Positions 1 to 9,696 of a stretch of DNA of 42,969 nt are shown here, one piece after another. Under the pieces are notes generated by a model. The model was not told the DNA's origin. It did no database searches and was given only the letters and a program-made list of their open reading frames with translations. Origin of the DNA: Dehalococcoidia bacterium (GTDB lineage: Bacteria > Chloroflexota > Dehalococcoidia > Dehalococcoidales > UBA1222); NCBI GenBank assembly GCA_009783135.1, contig WRHS01000002.1, positions 1 to 42,969 on the forward strand, in the 5' to 3' direction. Every line of letters begins with the position of its first letter. Position 1 is the stretch's first letter. The translations under genes were made by a program, and so were the position numbers.

Positions 1-546
1 CAACATCGCCTCAAACTGTTCAGGAGAGCGCATCCATCCGCCATGTCGCCATTCGCGCTTACGCGTACAGTGGCGGCAAAGCATCGGGCAAATATCAGTT
101 AAAATCATTAGCGCACGGTCAGGATAGCGATGTACTAAACCAGGTACTACAGAATGTTCCTCTTCCGCCAATGGATCTTCCATACTGGCACAAGATACAG
201 AAAGCTCTTCTATCGAGGGTAAGGATTGCATGCGAATCGGGTCGAAAGGATCGTCAGGGTTCATCAATGACAAATAATAAGGAGTGATGGACATGGGGTA
301 CTTGCCACTTACAAGACACAATTCAGCACGCTCTTGCGCGCTAAGATGAATATATTTGGATAATTCTTCAACAGTTGTTATGCGGTTACGGAAATGCCAA
401 CGCCAATCGTTCCAATGTTCCGAAGGGGTATTACAAAACAGGCGTCTCGCCGAGGTTTCTCCAGTAAGTGGAGGTTCATCTTCCTCTAGTTGAATCGTGG
501 TAGCAGTAGCTCCAGAGGATTTTCTTGTGACTTCTTTGGTCCGCAT
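1..546 (-). CDS. kamA: KamA-family radical SAM protein (lysine 2,3-aminomutase-like). N-terminal 182 codons only, since the C-terminus lies beyond the window edge.
   Basis: My own translation of the minus strand. The ORF is absent from the track because it runs off the edge. It reads MRTKEVT...EHWNDWRWHFRNRITTVEEL...MSITPYYLSLMNPDDPFDPIR...PGLVHRYPDRALMILTDICPMLCRHCTRKREW. The CxxxCxxC radical SAM motif and flanking blocks are typical of KamA. ATG at 546, with an alternative in-frame ATG at 561. Confidence 0.85.
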   Translation of the reverse strand, partial: MRTKEVTRKSSGATATTIQLEEDEPPLTGETSARRLFCNTPSEHWNDWRWHFRNRITTVEELSKYIHLSAQERAELCLVSGKYPMSITPYYLSLMNPDDPFDPIRMQSLPSIEELSVSCASMEDPLAEEEHSVVPGLVHRYPDRALMILTDICPMLCRHCTRKREWRHGGWMRSPEQFEAML

Positions 547-655
547 GACCTGAGCTCTCATTATATAATTCGACTCTCCTTACTTAATGCTACCATTCTC
601 AATGCATGGCACTCTTGCAGCACATCGCATAAATCAATGCCTGTTATGATTAAAA

Positions 656-684
656 TTTATATCATTGGCATAACTATATGTCAA
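656..684 (-). promoter_or_regulatory. Candidate sigma70-type promoter for kamA (TTGACA-17-TATAAA on the minus strand)
   Basis: The reverse complement reads TTGACA (684-679), a 17-nt spacer, then TATAAA (661-656), about 100 nt upstream of the kamA start. Confidence 0.45.
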
Positions 685-889
685 GAAATATTACGCACGG
701 AAAAGCATGAATAGCGATTTTCTCAAAAATTTTTGACAGGAAGAAAACTAGCATGCAAAGAAATGTTGAAATAGCAAGTAGCGATGCAGTCTTATCTTCA
801 AAAACCACCATACAACCAAATATGCTGGTTTGCTACCATATGATAGCTGATTTTGTGTGTTTATTCCCCAAAGATTACCGTTTCAAACA

Positions 890-1654
890 CTATAACTCTT
901 TACGTCTCAAGTTCAGCCATGCGCCATATATTCCAAGAACAATCAACGCAAGCGTTACAGCAAGCGCGCCCCATTCTGCGTCCCCTGACGTCCCCGACAC
1001 CAGTTGGTTACCCCAGCTAATCAGTCCGCCAGGCAGAAAATGTACCACTTTAGGCAGCCCAGACAATATAGAGATAACTATAATTACGGCTATTGCCAAC
1101 CCGCCGGCTGCTATCTGGTTTTTGAGCAGACTTGAAAAATACAGCGTAACGGACAGACAGAAAAGCAAAAACAGCAGCATCAGCAACATTTGTTGCAGAA
1201 AGCCAAGGGCTCCTGCGTTGCCAAAAAATATAAGTGTATAACCCCAGCACGCCAATCCGCCAAGCAACAGACCAAGCAGTATATTCAGTCCTTGCGCCAC
1301 CAGCTTGGCTATGATGAAAGACAATCGTGATACCGGCTTGGAAAGCAACAGCGCCGCCGTACCACTCTCTATTTCTTTGGCAATAGCACCCATCGCCAGC
1401 AGCACAGCCATCAACACGCCAAACTGCGAGATGTTTGAGGCATAACTCACCAAAGCATCGCTTGATGCAGGCTCCGGCATCTCAATAACAAGACCGCCGG
1501 TTTCAGACAAGGAATTTAGTATCTCAGGCAGATATTTAGTCATCACCGGCGATGACAGCCCGAAAAAAAGAAACACGACGGCAAAAATAATAATCTTGTT
1601 TGTACGAAATTGTTCCTTGATTTCCTTGCGCAATAAAGCACTAAAACCTCTCAT
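890..1654 (-). CDS. ABC-2 type transporter permease
   Basis: 254 aa with about 6 predicted hydrophobic helices. Its start overlaps the stop of the upstream ATPase gene by 4 nt (ATGA). Confidence 0.8.
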   Translation of the reverse strand: MRGFSALLRKEIKEQFRTNKIIIFAVVFLFFGLSSPVMTKYLPEILNSLSETGGLVIEMPEPASSDALVSYASNISQFGVLMAVLLAMGAIAKEIESGTAALLLSKPVSRLSFIIAKLVAQGLNILLGLLLGGLACWGYTLIFFGNAGALGFLQQMLLMLLFLLFCLSVTLYFSSLLKNQIAAGGLAIAVIIVISILSGLPKVVHFLPGGLISWGNQLVSGTSGDAEWGALAVTLALIVLGIYGAWLNLRRKEL

Positions 1655-2592
1655 GATTGCACCTCGCCTTGCACCAGCTGCACGAAAATATCCTCCAAAC
1701 TCGGCATGGTCATTTCATAGCGCACAAGGCTCAGGCAGCTTGCCGCAATCAGTTGCGGCATTTCACGCTTGGCAGTCTGCACGTCTCCGGCCTGCACACG
1801 CAGCCCAGGCATATTGTTAATTTCCAGCTTTTCCACTTTCTGTACCCACGGCTGCTTTTCCAACAAGGTAGCAAATTGCGCCACATCGTCATCAAAGGCA
1901 ATATCGAAAGAAGAAAGTGCAAAGCGTCGATGTAATGCTTCCACAGTTGATGTGGCAACAAGCTTCCCTTTGTTGATAATCGCCAAACTGTCACAAACAC
2001 GTTCCACATCAGACAGAATGTGTGTGGACATAAACACAGTAGTAGATTCCCTTAGTTTCAAGATGATATTCAGCACATCGCGCCGCCCCATTGGGTCAAG
2101 AGCCGAGCAGGGCTCATCCAAAAACAATATCCTAGGACGGTTCATCAGCGCCTGTGCCAGCCCAAGACGCTGCTTCATACCGCGCGAATACCCTCCGATT
2201 TTTCTCTTACCAGCTTTTTGCAATCCGGTCAGTTCCAACAATTCATGACTGCGCGATATTCTATCCGCCGGTAAAAGCTGATGCAATTCCCCCACAAACT
2301 GCAAAAACTCTCCTCCCGTCATCCAGTTATAGAAATTGGGAACATCCGGAAGATAACCGATTTGTGTGCGCATCTCGGGGGCATCCGCCACCACCTCTTT
2401 TTCATTTACCCACGCACGCCCTGCGCTGGGACGGCTCATGCCCATAAGCAGCTTAATCATCGTAGTTTTGCCTGAGCCGTTAGGCCCAAGAAAACCAAAA
2501 ATACTACGCTCAGGCACCTCAATTGTAAGCCCGTCGAGTGCCGTCAGCGCGCCGTAGCGCTTGGTCAAATTCTCGCATTTAATCGCAGGCAT
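1651..2592 (-). CDS. ABC transporter ATP-binding protein (ABC-2/DrrA-like, with C-terminal extension)
   Basis: Walker A GPNGSGKTT, signature YSRGMKQRL and Walker B ILFLDEP. SD GGAGGTG lies upstream of the ATG. Confidence 0.92.
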   Translation of the reverse strand: MPAIKCENLTKRYGALTALDGLTIEVPERSIFGFLGPNGSGKTTMIKLLMGMSRPSAGRAWVNEKEVVADAPEMRTQIGYLPDVPNFYNWMTGGEFLQFVGELHQLLPADRISRSHELLELTGLQKAGKRKIGGYSRGMKQRLGLAQALMNRPRILFLDEPCSALDPMGRRDVLNIILKLRESTTVFMSTHILSDVERVCDSLAIINKGKLVATSTVEALHRRFALSSFDIAFDDDVAQFATLLEKQPWVQKVEKLEINNMPGLRVQAGDVQTAKREMPQLIAASCLSLVRYEMTMPSLEDIFVQLVQGEVQS

Positions 2593-2625
2593 GATGCACC
2601 TCCACGGTACAAATGAGGCTCGCGG

Positions 2626-2868
2626 TTATCCCTTTTCTATCTCTTCAGACCCGTCGGCGCGGCCTACAAGAAAATATACAATTGGGCCTATAATGCCGAC
2701 AAGCACTATAACCAGTATCCAAACAATCTTCTTATTACCACGTACATACTCCCGGCGAATTACATCCACCAGTGCCCAAATCATCAGCCCATATTCCAAT
2801 ATGGCAATCGGGATTAGCATCAGTATAAAAGCACCTAAGGACATCCCCAAATATGTTGTATCAGGCAT
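2626..2868 (-). CDS. Small membrane protein with PLD-nuclease N-terminal (PLDc_N) domain
   Basis: 80 aa with two TM helices. Carries the motif WALVDVIRRE...KIVWILVIVLVGIIGPIVYFLVGR, typical of the PLDc_N family. Confidence 0.75.
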   Translation of the reverse strand: MPDTTYLGMSLGAFILMLIPIAILEYGLMIWALVDVIRREYVRGNKKIVWILVIVLVGIIGPIVYFLVGRADGSEEIEKG

Positions 2869-2916
2869 AATTCAATCCCCCGTTATTTTCTCAAACGTAT
2901 CTAATTAGGATAGTTT

Positions 2917-3189
2917 TTACTGCCCTTCTCTCTTGTTTTTATCAGAGCGCCCTATGGCCAAATAAATTATCGGCCCGATAACGCTGGCAAGTAATATAAC
3001 CAATACCCAAATAATCTTGTTATCACCGCGCACGTTTTCACGGCGCAAGACGTCCACCAAGGCCCATATCATCAGCCCTAATGACAACAGCGAAATCACC
3101 GCTATTATCAGCAAAGATATTATCCATACAATGCCTATTGCAATACCAGCCTCTGCTGCCGGAAAAGTTGTTTCCCAACCCATAATCAA
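2917..3189 (-). CDS. Small membrane protein with PLDc_N domain (tandem paralog)
   Basis: 90 aa. The stretch WALVDVLRRENVRGDNKIIWVLVILLASVIGPIIYLAIGR is nearly colinear with the neighbouring 80-aa protein. Confidence 0.75.
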   Translation of the reverse strand: MIMGWETTFPAAEAGIAIGIVWIISLLIIAVISLLSLGLMIWALVDVLRRENVRGDNKIIWVLVILLASVIGPIIYLAIGRSDKNKREGQ

Positions 3190-3195
3190 ACCCTC

Positions 3196-3687
3196 CTATA
3201 ATAATGCAAATTTTGGCTTAAGCATCTTATATGTGTCAGCAATTGCCTCGTTAATGACCTTAATGTCACCAAGAACAGGCATAAAATTTGTGTCGCCATT
3301 CCAACGCGGCACGATATGGGTATGGATATGCTGGTCCACACCTGCCCCGGCCACACGACCCAAATTCATACCTACATTAAAGCCATCGCAGCGGAACGCA
3401 TCCCGCATAATAGCCACGCATCGTGCAACAATACGATAATGCTCGTTGCGTTCGGCATCATTTAATCCGTCAAGTGCTGCGCAATGACGCAGCGGTGAAA
3501 CCATGATGTGTCCGGCGTTATATGGATAGCGATTCATGATAACAAAGTTATGCTCACCACGATGGAGTATCAGGCTTTGCTCGTCATCAGTGCGCGCAGG
3601 ATAATGGCACAGAATACAATCGGAAGTTTCATTCTCTGATGCCTGCTTGATATACCGGATACGCCAGGGAGCAAACATGTAGTCCAT
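3196..3687 (-). CDS. HIT-family nucleotide hydrolase/transferase (Ap4A phosphorylase-like branch)
   Basis: Histidine triad HIHTHIVPRWNGDTNFM. SD GGAGG sits 6 nt upstream of the ATG. It is the first gene of a same-strand cluster with the two PLDc_N genes and the ABC pair. Confidence 0.85.
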   Translation of the reverse strand: MDYMFAPWRIRYIKQASENETSDCILCHYPARTDDEQSLILHRGEHNFVIMNRYPYNAGHIMVSPLRHCAALDGLNDAERNEHYRIVARCVAIMRDAFRCDGFNVGMNLGRVAGAGVDQHIHTHIVPRWNGDTNFMPVLGDIKVINEAIADTYKMLKPKFALL

Positions 3688-3800
3688 ATCAATCCTCCAT
3701 CCACAGCAATTCTAAAATGACCTAGCCAAGATGTCAAAGTTTTTCGGCTATGAGAGTAAAAGCTTTTGCATCTACTGACAAGTGCCGCCATGCGTAATGT

Positions 3801-3829
3801 TTGCCGCCATGCCTTTTGGCAGATATAAT
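3801..3829 (+). promoter_or_regulatory. Candidate promoter TTGCCG-17-TATAAT for the radical SAM gene
   Basis: TTGCCG at 3801-3806, an exactly 17-nt spacer, and consensus TATAAT at 3824-3829. SD GAGGGAG follows before the TTG start at 3851. Confidence 0.5.
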
Positions 3830-3850
3830 TGACCGAGGGAGTAAAACATT

Positions 3851-5656
3851 TTGCATTATCCAGACCATTTGTTGTATCGCGTAAACAAGCCGGCTCGCTA
3901 TACCGGCGGCGAGTGGAACACAGTACGTAAAAACTGGGAGGTTACTTCTCTTAAATTCGCGCTCAGCTACCCCGATGTCTACGAAATCGGCATGTCCAAC
4001 ATGGCCGTCGGCATACTTTACGAGCAGATTAATGCACTGCCAAACTGTCTGGCTGAGCGTGTATTCGCGCCATGGCCAGACATGATGCAGGCATTACGCA
4101 CCAACAAATTGTCTCTGCTTAGCTTGGAGAGCGGACATTCCCTTGCCGAGTTTGATGTAATCGGTTTTTCTCTCGGATATGAGTTTACTTTTACAAACAT
4201 TCTTTCCATGCTGGATCTGGCCGGGCTGCCCGTCTGGAGCAAAGAGCGCGGAAACTCTCATCCATTAGTCATTGCCGGCGGCAATGCCGCTCTCAATCCC
4301 GAGCCGCTGGCCGACTTCATCGATTTGTTTGTAATTGGCGAAGCGGAAGAACTTTTGCCGGCTCTCATAAATCTTTTGCTGCAGCACAAACAAGCCAATG
4401 GGAGGTTTGAGAAAAAGATTTTACTCGGAGAAACCGCCAAACTACCCGGAGTATATGTGCCATCACTCTATGAAATTACTTACCGCGACGGCGTTTATCA
4501 AACACTTACCCCAACCATCCCGGAGGCTGCGCCATCTATCAGACGGCAGCTGGTATCAAAATTGCCTCCGCCGCCGATTAAGCCTGTTGTGCCATTTATT
4601 GAGGTAGTACATGACCGCGGAGCAGTGGAAATCGCACGGGGATGCTCACATGGCTGCCGCTTCTGCAATGCCGGCATGGGCTACCGTCCTGTGCGTGAGC
4701 GTTCATACGAAGAGATTACTCAGGCAGTAGACAGCATAATAGAAAACAGCGGCTATGATGAAATGTCACTGGTTTCTCTTTCCAGCGGTGACTACTCTCA
4801 AATTGATGCATTGGTAGCCGATATTAATGCCAAATATGGCGCGCGACTGGCGCTGTCATTGCCAAGTTTGCATATTGATGCCCACGCAATCAAATTAGTG
4901 GACGGACTTCCAGGGCGGCGTAAAAGTGGGCTGACTTTCGCTCCAGAGGCGGGCTCGGCAAGATTGCAGCGTGTCATTAACAAGCACATCCCCGAGGATG
5001 AATTGCTGGCCACCGCCGCTATGGCTTTTGAGCGCGGCTGGACAACCTTAAAGCTATATTTCATGCTTGGACTGCCTACTGAAAATGATGAAGATGTACA
5101 AGAGATTGTAGAACTTGTGCACAAAGTCAAAGCACAGGGAAGCAAGGCTCCAAAACGTGCCCCGCAAATTCGCCTCACTCTCTCAACATTCGTACCAAAA
5201 CCACACACGCCTTTTCAGTGGGTAGGGCAAGAAAGTGCGGAAAATATTTCACGCCGGCACGAGTTGTTAAAGCGTGGTTTAGCCAAACGCAACGTGAAAT
5301 TCTCATGGCAGGACACACGGGTAAGCCTGCTGGAAGCGGTAATCTCTCGCGGCGACAGAAAAATTGGTCGGGTGATATACCGCGCATGGCGTATGGGGGC
5401 GGCTTTTGATGGCTGGAGCGAGCATTTTAACTTTGAGTTATGGCAAAAAGCGATGCAGGAAGAAGGTATTGACCCGCAATGGTACGCTTGCCGTGAGCGC
5501 CAGCTGGACGAAATTTTGCCATGGGTGCATATAGACACCTTGGTCTCGCCAAAATTTCTAAAAAACGAGTATCGCCTTGCTCTGGGCGCTACTCTTACGC
5601 CTGATTGCCGTACTTCCGGATGCAATGCTTGCGGCCTTGAGGGTCAATGGTGCTAA
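3851..5656 (+). CDS. B12-binding-domain radical SAM protein (TIGR03960-like family)
   Basis: 601 aa. The N-terminus VNKPARYTGGEWN and the cluster CSHGCRFCNAG are typical of this widespread uncharacterised radical SAM family. TTG start. Confidence 0.85.
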   Translation: MHYPDHLLYRVNKPARYTGGEWNTVRKNWEVTSLKFALSYPDVYEIGMSNMAVGILYEQINALPNCLAERVFAPWPDMMQALRTNKLSLLSLESGHSLAEFDVIGFSLGYEFTFTNILSMLDLAGLPVWSKERGNSHPLVIAGGNAALNPEPLADFIDLFVIGEAEELLPALINLLLQHKQANGRFEKKILLGETAKLPGVYVPSLYEITYRDGVYQTLTPTIPEAAPSIRRQLVSKLPPPPIKPVVPFIEVVHDRGAVEIARGCSHGCRFCNAGMGYRPVRERSYEEITQAVDSIIENSGYDEMSLVSLSSGDYSQIDALVADINAKYGARLALSLPSLHIDAHAIKLVDGLPGRRKSGLTFAPEAGSARLQRVINKHIPEDELLATAAMAFERGWTTLKLYFMLGLPTENDEDVQEIVELVHKVKAQGSKAPKRAPQIRLTLSTFVPKPHTPFQWVGQESAENISRRHELLKRGLAKRNVKFSWQDTRVSLLEAVISRGDRKIGRVIYRAWRMGAAFDGWSEHFNFELWQKAMQEEGIDPQWYACRERQLDEILPWVHIDTLVSPKFLKNEYRLALGATLTPDCRTSGCNACGLEGQWC

Positions 5657-5681
5657 AATAGAGGGGATAAGGATAACAGTC

Positions 5682-6215
5682 TTGAAATTTTTCTGGCAAA
5701 AAAACAAAGCCTCGTCGTGTGAAGCACACGGCGTGCCTGAAGGCACTTTCCGCTGTGATAACTGCGGCTTTGTGCAGCCGAACATTTCCCTCTGCGGCAC
5801 TGCGGCAGATACGCAAGAAACCCCTCATAAAGTTTACGTTTTATGTAGCAGTTGTGCGCTGTGGCTGGGCCTTGGCACAGCACGTTTCCCTCATGGCACT
5901 ACTTTCACCCTTTCAGCCCGCCAGCATGACAAGATTAAAACACTGCAGGACGAAATTGAAAAATGCGGCGGCTTTGAGCGCACAATGCTTCAGATAACAG
6001 CACCTACCGATATAAACAATGAAAATTGTCGCGACAGTGCCGCCTTGCATAAAAACTTTGAGCAAACACACGTCTTTCTGGATGGCATTCCCATGCTGAA
6101 AAGCCTAATAAAGTTTCGTTTCTCCATGCTATCAGCCGACTTCATGGAACTTTCAATACGGCTGACAAGGGGGGAACCAGTTTCGTCAAAAGAGATTAAA
6201 AACGCCAATCAGTAA
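5682..6215 (+). CDS. Hypothetical protein with putative CxxC...CxxC zinc ribbon
   Basis: Open frame 5577-6215. I favour the TTG at 5682, which is preceded by GAGGGGATAAGGA. ATG 5625 is an alternative. The codon pattern looks coding, with CDNCG and CSSC pairs, but I recognise no family. Confidence 0.35.
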   Translation: MKFFWQKNKASSCEAHGVPEGTFRCDNCGFVQPNISLCGTAADTQETPHKVYVLCSSCALWLGLGTARFPHGTTFTLSARQHDKIKTLQDEIEKCGGFERTMLQITAPTDINNENCRDSAALHKNFEQTHVFLDGIPMLKSLIKFRFSMLSADFMELSIRLTRGEPVSSKEIKNANQ

Positions 6216-6227
6216 CAGCAGCTGCAT

Positions 6228-6263
6228 ACGCATAGAGGGCAACATATGTTGCCCTCTATGCGT
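6228..6263. terminator. Perfect 36-bp palindrome (18-bp arms) between convergent genes. Candidate bidirectional hairpin terminator without a U-tract.
   Basis: ACGCATAGAGGGCAACAT / ATGTTGCCCTCTATGCGT is an exact reverse complement. It lies between the stop of the 5682-6215 ORF and the gyrA stop at 6283. Confidence 0.5.
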
Positions 6264-6282
6264 TCAGACCAATCCTAAACGG

Positions 6283-8769
6283 CTATCCCGCCGCTGTTGT
6301 TTCGCCACCGGAAACAGGTTCTTCCTCTTTTGTTTCAATACAGGTTAGTCCTACCAGCGCATCACCATCGTCCAATCTCATCAGTTTAACTCCCTGTGTA
6401 GCACGCCCCTGAGTGGTAATACCCTTGCGGGGATCATCCTCTTTCACAGGCGTCCTGGTGATGATGCCATTAGCAGACACCAGCATAACCTCGCTATACT
6501 CATCCACTGAAGTTGCCGCCACAACCTTACCCGTTTTATCAGTGGTGTTAAACGTGATGACGCCACTTCCGGCGCGATGCTGAATCGGATACTCGGAAAG
6601 AGATGTGATTTTACCAAATCCTCCGGCAGTAACCACCAGCAGGTATCCATCAGGGTTTACAATGTCCAGGCTTACAACCTGATCATCCCCTATCATCTTG
6701 AATCCATCTACGCCGCCTGATGCCCGTAAACTGTCGCGCAACTCACTTACGGGGAAACGTATGGACTGCCCGTTGCGCGAGACCATAATTACCTCTTTAT
6801 CATCAGTTCCCAACGCCGCCGCAACCAAGCTGTCGCTCTTATCCAAATCCATTGCCAGCAGCCCTGACGAGCGCACTGAACTAAATGCCTCAATGGATAC
6901 TTTTTTAGCCTCGCCCATTGTTGTCGCCATCACCAGGAACACGCCCTTGTCAAAACTGCGCACCGGCACAACAGCTGTCACCCTTTCCAGCGGATTAATA
7001 GGGAAGAGATTGACAACAGCCGTACCCTTGGAAATGCGCGAGATATCCAGTGGCACCTCGTGGCATTTGATACTGAAGACGCGCCCTTTGTTGGTGAAAA
7101 AGAGAATGGCATCGTGTGTATCTGCCGCCAGCAGGAAGCGTACCGCATCCTCTTCACGGGTAGACATTCCTATAATGCCGCGCCCGCCGCGATGCTGCAG
7201 AACATAGGCATGAGCCGGCACGCGTTTGACGAAACCACGCTCTGAAAGTGTGACAACCATGTCCTGATGCGCTATGAGATCCTCTTCCGAGAACCCCTGT
7301 GACTCTTCATGTGTGATATCTGTAGCACGCGGGTTGCCAAATTTTGCACCGAGTGTCCTGGTTTCTTCTTTCACTGCTGTGTAGATACGCTGCGGATTAG
7401 CCAGTAAATCCTCCAGATCAGCAATGGTTTTCTTAACCTGTGCAAGTTCTTCCAAGATTTGATTGCGCTCAAGGTTAGCCAAACGGCGCAACTGCATATC
7501 CAAGATAGCCTGTGCCTGAAGTTTTGACAGACTGAAGCGTTCCATGAGAGCCATACGCGCAGCATCGGCATTAGCTGCCTGACGAATGGTCTTGATAACC
7601 TCGTCCAAAAAGTCCAGCGCAATTTTGAGCCCTTCAAGAATGTGAGCGCGATCTTTGGCGATACGCAGTTCATATTGCGAGCGACGTGTTATTACGTCGC
7701 GGCGGAAGTCAATAAACAACTGCAATGCCTCTTTGAGGGAAATGACACGCGGCTGACCCTCAACCAACGCCAGCATGTTTACAAAGAAAGCACCCTGCAT
7801 TTGAGTTTGTTTATAGAGATTATTCAGCACCTGGCGCGGCTGTGTTTCGCGCTTAAGTTCCATAACAATACGCATGCCCTGGCGGTCGCTTTCGTCGCGC
7901 AGATCACTTATGCCCGTAATTTTTTTGGCTTTAATCAGTTCGGCAATACGCTCCACCAGCGCCGCTTTGTTTACCTGGTATGGCAACTCCGTTACCACAA
8001 TCTGCTGATGCTGCGTGCCTGGGGTATCCTCAACGAAGGCTTTGGCTTGAACCAAAACACGCCCGTGACCTGTGGCATAAGCCGATTGAATTCCCTCTAC
8101 ACCCAGCACTGTACCGCCGGTTGGGAAATCCGGCCCTTTGACGAACTTCATCAAATCGTCCACTGTGGCATCAGGATTGTCAATTAGATAGTTGATAGCG
8201 CCACACACTTCATTCAAGTTGTGTGGCGGAATATTGGTGGCCATACCAACGGCAATGCCAGACGAACCATTGACTAACAGATTAGGGAAACGCGTCGGCA
8301 ATACTGACGGTTCTTTTAGACTGTCATCAAAGTTAGGAACAAAATCTACCGTTTCCTTGTCAATGTCAAGCAGCATTTGCTCGGCTATTTCAGCCAAACG
8401 GCACTCCGTGTAACGCATGGCAGCTGGCGGATCATTGTCAACCGAGCCGAAGTTTCCCTGTCCATCAACTAAAGTATGCCGCATGGAAAAAGGCTGCGCC
8501 ATACGCACCATGGCATCATAAACCGAGGAGTCCCCGTGCGGATGATACTTACCCAAAACATCGCCTACCACACGGGCGCTCTTTTTATAGGAACTGGTGT
8601 GTGTCAAACCCAGTTCACGCATGCCAAACAAAATACGGCGGTGTACCGGCTTGAGCCCATCTCGCACGTCCGGTAGGGCACGTGAAACAATAACGCTCAT
8701 GGCATAGTCCAAATAGGACCCGCGCATCTGTTCTTCAATTTTTACCTGTTTGATATTTCCAACAACCAT
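6283..8769 (-). CDS. gyrA: DNA gyrase subunit A
   Basis: 828 aa with [29 protein letters not shown] and the active-site region AAMRYTE. The C-terminal beta-pinwheel repeats are present. Confidence 0.97.
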   Translation of the reverse strand: MVVGNIKQVKIEEQMRGSYLDYAMSVIVSRALPDVRDGLKPVHRRILFGMRELGLTHTSSYKKSARVVGDVLGKYHPHGDSSVYDAMVRMAQPFSMRHTLVDGQGNFGSVDNDPPAAMRYTECRLAEIAEQMLLDIDKETVDFVPNFDDSLKEPSVLPTRFPNLLVNGSSGIAVGMATNIPPHNLNEVCGAINYLIDNPDATVDDLMKFVKGPDFPTGGTVLGVEGIQSAYATGHGRVLVQAKAFVEDTPGTQHQQIVVTELPYQVNKAALVERIAELIKAKKITGISDLRDESDRQGMRIVMELKRETQPRQVLNNLYKQTQMQGAFFVNMLALVEGQPRVISLKEALQLFIDFRRDVITRRSQYELRIAKDRAHILEGLKIALDFLDEVIKTIRQAANADAARMALMERFSLSKLQAQAILDMQLRRLANLERNQILEELAQVKKTIADLEDLLANPQRIYTAVKEETRTLGAKFGNPRATDITHEESQGFSEEDLIAHQDMVVTLSERGFVKRVPAHAYVLQHRGGRGIIGMSTREEDAVRFLLAADTHDAILFFTNKGRVFSIKCHEVPLDISRISKGTAVVNLFPINPLERVTAVVPVRSFDKGVFLVMATTMGEAKKVSIEAFSSVRSSGLLAMDLDKSDSLVAAALGTDDKEVIMVSRNGQSIRFPVSELRDSLRASGGVDGFKMIGDDQVVSLDIVNPDGYLLVVTAGGFGKITSLSEYPIQHRAGSGVITFNTTDKTGKVVAATSVDEYSEVMLVSANGIITRTPVKEDDPRKGITTQGRATQGVKLMRLDDGDALVGLTCIETKEEEPVSGGETTAAG

Positions 8770-8784
8770 ATCTCATTATCCTCT

Positions 8785-9600
8785 CTACTGTTGTATCTCT
8801 TCTTCTGCGCCACTTTCGTCCAGACTTTCAGGGTCCATTTCTTCGTCTTCAGAAATGGCACTGTCGCATGGCTCTTCAGCCAAGATTTCATCATTTTCTA
8901 CAAAACGACGCGGGAATCTGTCACCATCAAATTGCTGCGTGTTACCCACGCCCTTGGATGGAAAGGAAATCATCCCTGCCTGATTGGGATGCTGAAATGT
9001 TTCACGGATGATTATCGACAGGGACTCCTCCGATAAACTGGTTATTGAGGCACTGTATTTGTTACCTCCGGCCATCAATCGTGTCAAGCGCTGCCCATGA
9101 CGAGCCTCCACTATTCCCAAAAACTCGCCCTTTTCGCTGTTGGCATGCAGATTCCCATCAATTGCTACCAATATCACCTTATCGCCGGCTACCAAACGCG
9201 CCAATACTTCCTTGGAGCCAACCTGCTGCAGGCACAACACGCCAGCTTTACCCATCTCCTCAATGAAAGTATTGGGGTTCAGCTTTGTGCCGCCATCCGA
9301 CTTATTGCCTTTTTTGTTGCTATCAAGATGTTCCAATCTCCGCAGATTCTTTTCGGCAATAGCGTTATACGGATCAAGTTCCCTTGCACGTGTATAGGCG
9401 TCACGAGCCTCGGTATACTCACCCAACTCTATACAAGCCCTCCCTAGACGATTGAGTGTGTCAATGTCGTCAGGGAAGTTTTCCAATATCCCTTTGTTGG
9501 CATCAGCAGCATCGCGCCAACGACCCTCAAGCGCCAAAGCTATGGCCTGTTTAGAAGTCTGGCGGATAAGCCGAGCCTGTTCCTCTTTATCGTGTACCAA
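8785..9600 (-). CDS. TPR-repeat protein with acidic C-terminal tail
   Basis: 271 aa. N-terminal TPR-like helices (LGRACIELGEYTEARDAYTRARELDPYNAIAEKNL) and a C-terminus EDEEMDPESLDESGAEEEIQQ. TTG start with SD ACGGAG. The stop lies 15 nt upstream of the gyrA ATG. Confidence 0.7.
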   Translation of the reverse strand: MVHDKEEQARLIRQTSKQAIALALEGRWRDAADANKGILENFPDDIDTLNRLGRACIELGEYTEARDAYTRARELDPYNAIAEKNLRRLEHLDSNKKGNKSDGGTKLNPNTFIEEMGKAGVLCLQQVGSKEVLARLVAGDKVILVAIDGNLHANSEKGEFLGIVEARHGQRLTRLMAGGNKYSASITSLSEESLSIIIRETFQHPNQAGMISFPSKGVGNTQQFDGDRFPRRFVENDEILAEEPCDSAISEDEEMDPESLDESGAEEEIQQ

Positions 9601-9667
9601 ACTTGAAACTCCGTATTACAGCCACATATTTTACCCTAGAAAAGACCCATAAGACAAGCTAATGCGA

Positions 9668-9696
9668 TTGACAGCAGTGCGAGGCTGTGATAATCT
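9668..9696 (+). promoter_or_regulatory. Candidate promoter (TTGACA, extended -10 TGTGATAAT) for the Nfu gene
   Basis: Consensus TTGACA at 9668-9673, with TG-n-GATAAT at 9686-9694. Confidence 0.45.

Noticed and set aside
490-1241. Plus-strand ORFs 490-714 and 753-1241
   Set aside because: The first overlaps the kamA start and promoter region, and the second overlaps the ABC-2 permease gene. Neither has an SD or a recognisable motif.
7642-8187. 181-aa ORF antisense to gyrA. Similar long antisense ORFs occur at 15796-16287, 33995-34531, 35025-35549, 36947-37429 and 42014-42616.
   Set aside because: All lie entirely inside confidently identified genes on the opposite strand. They have low-complexity or odd composition and no SD or family resemblance, so they are typical shadow ORFs.
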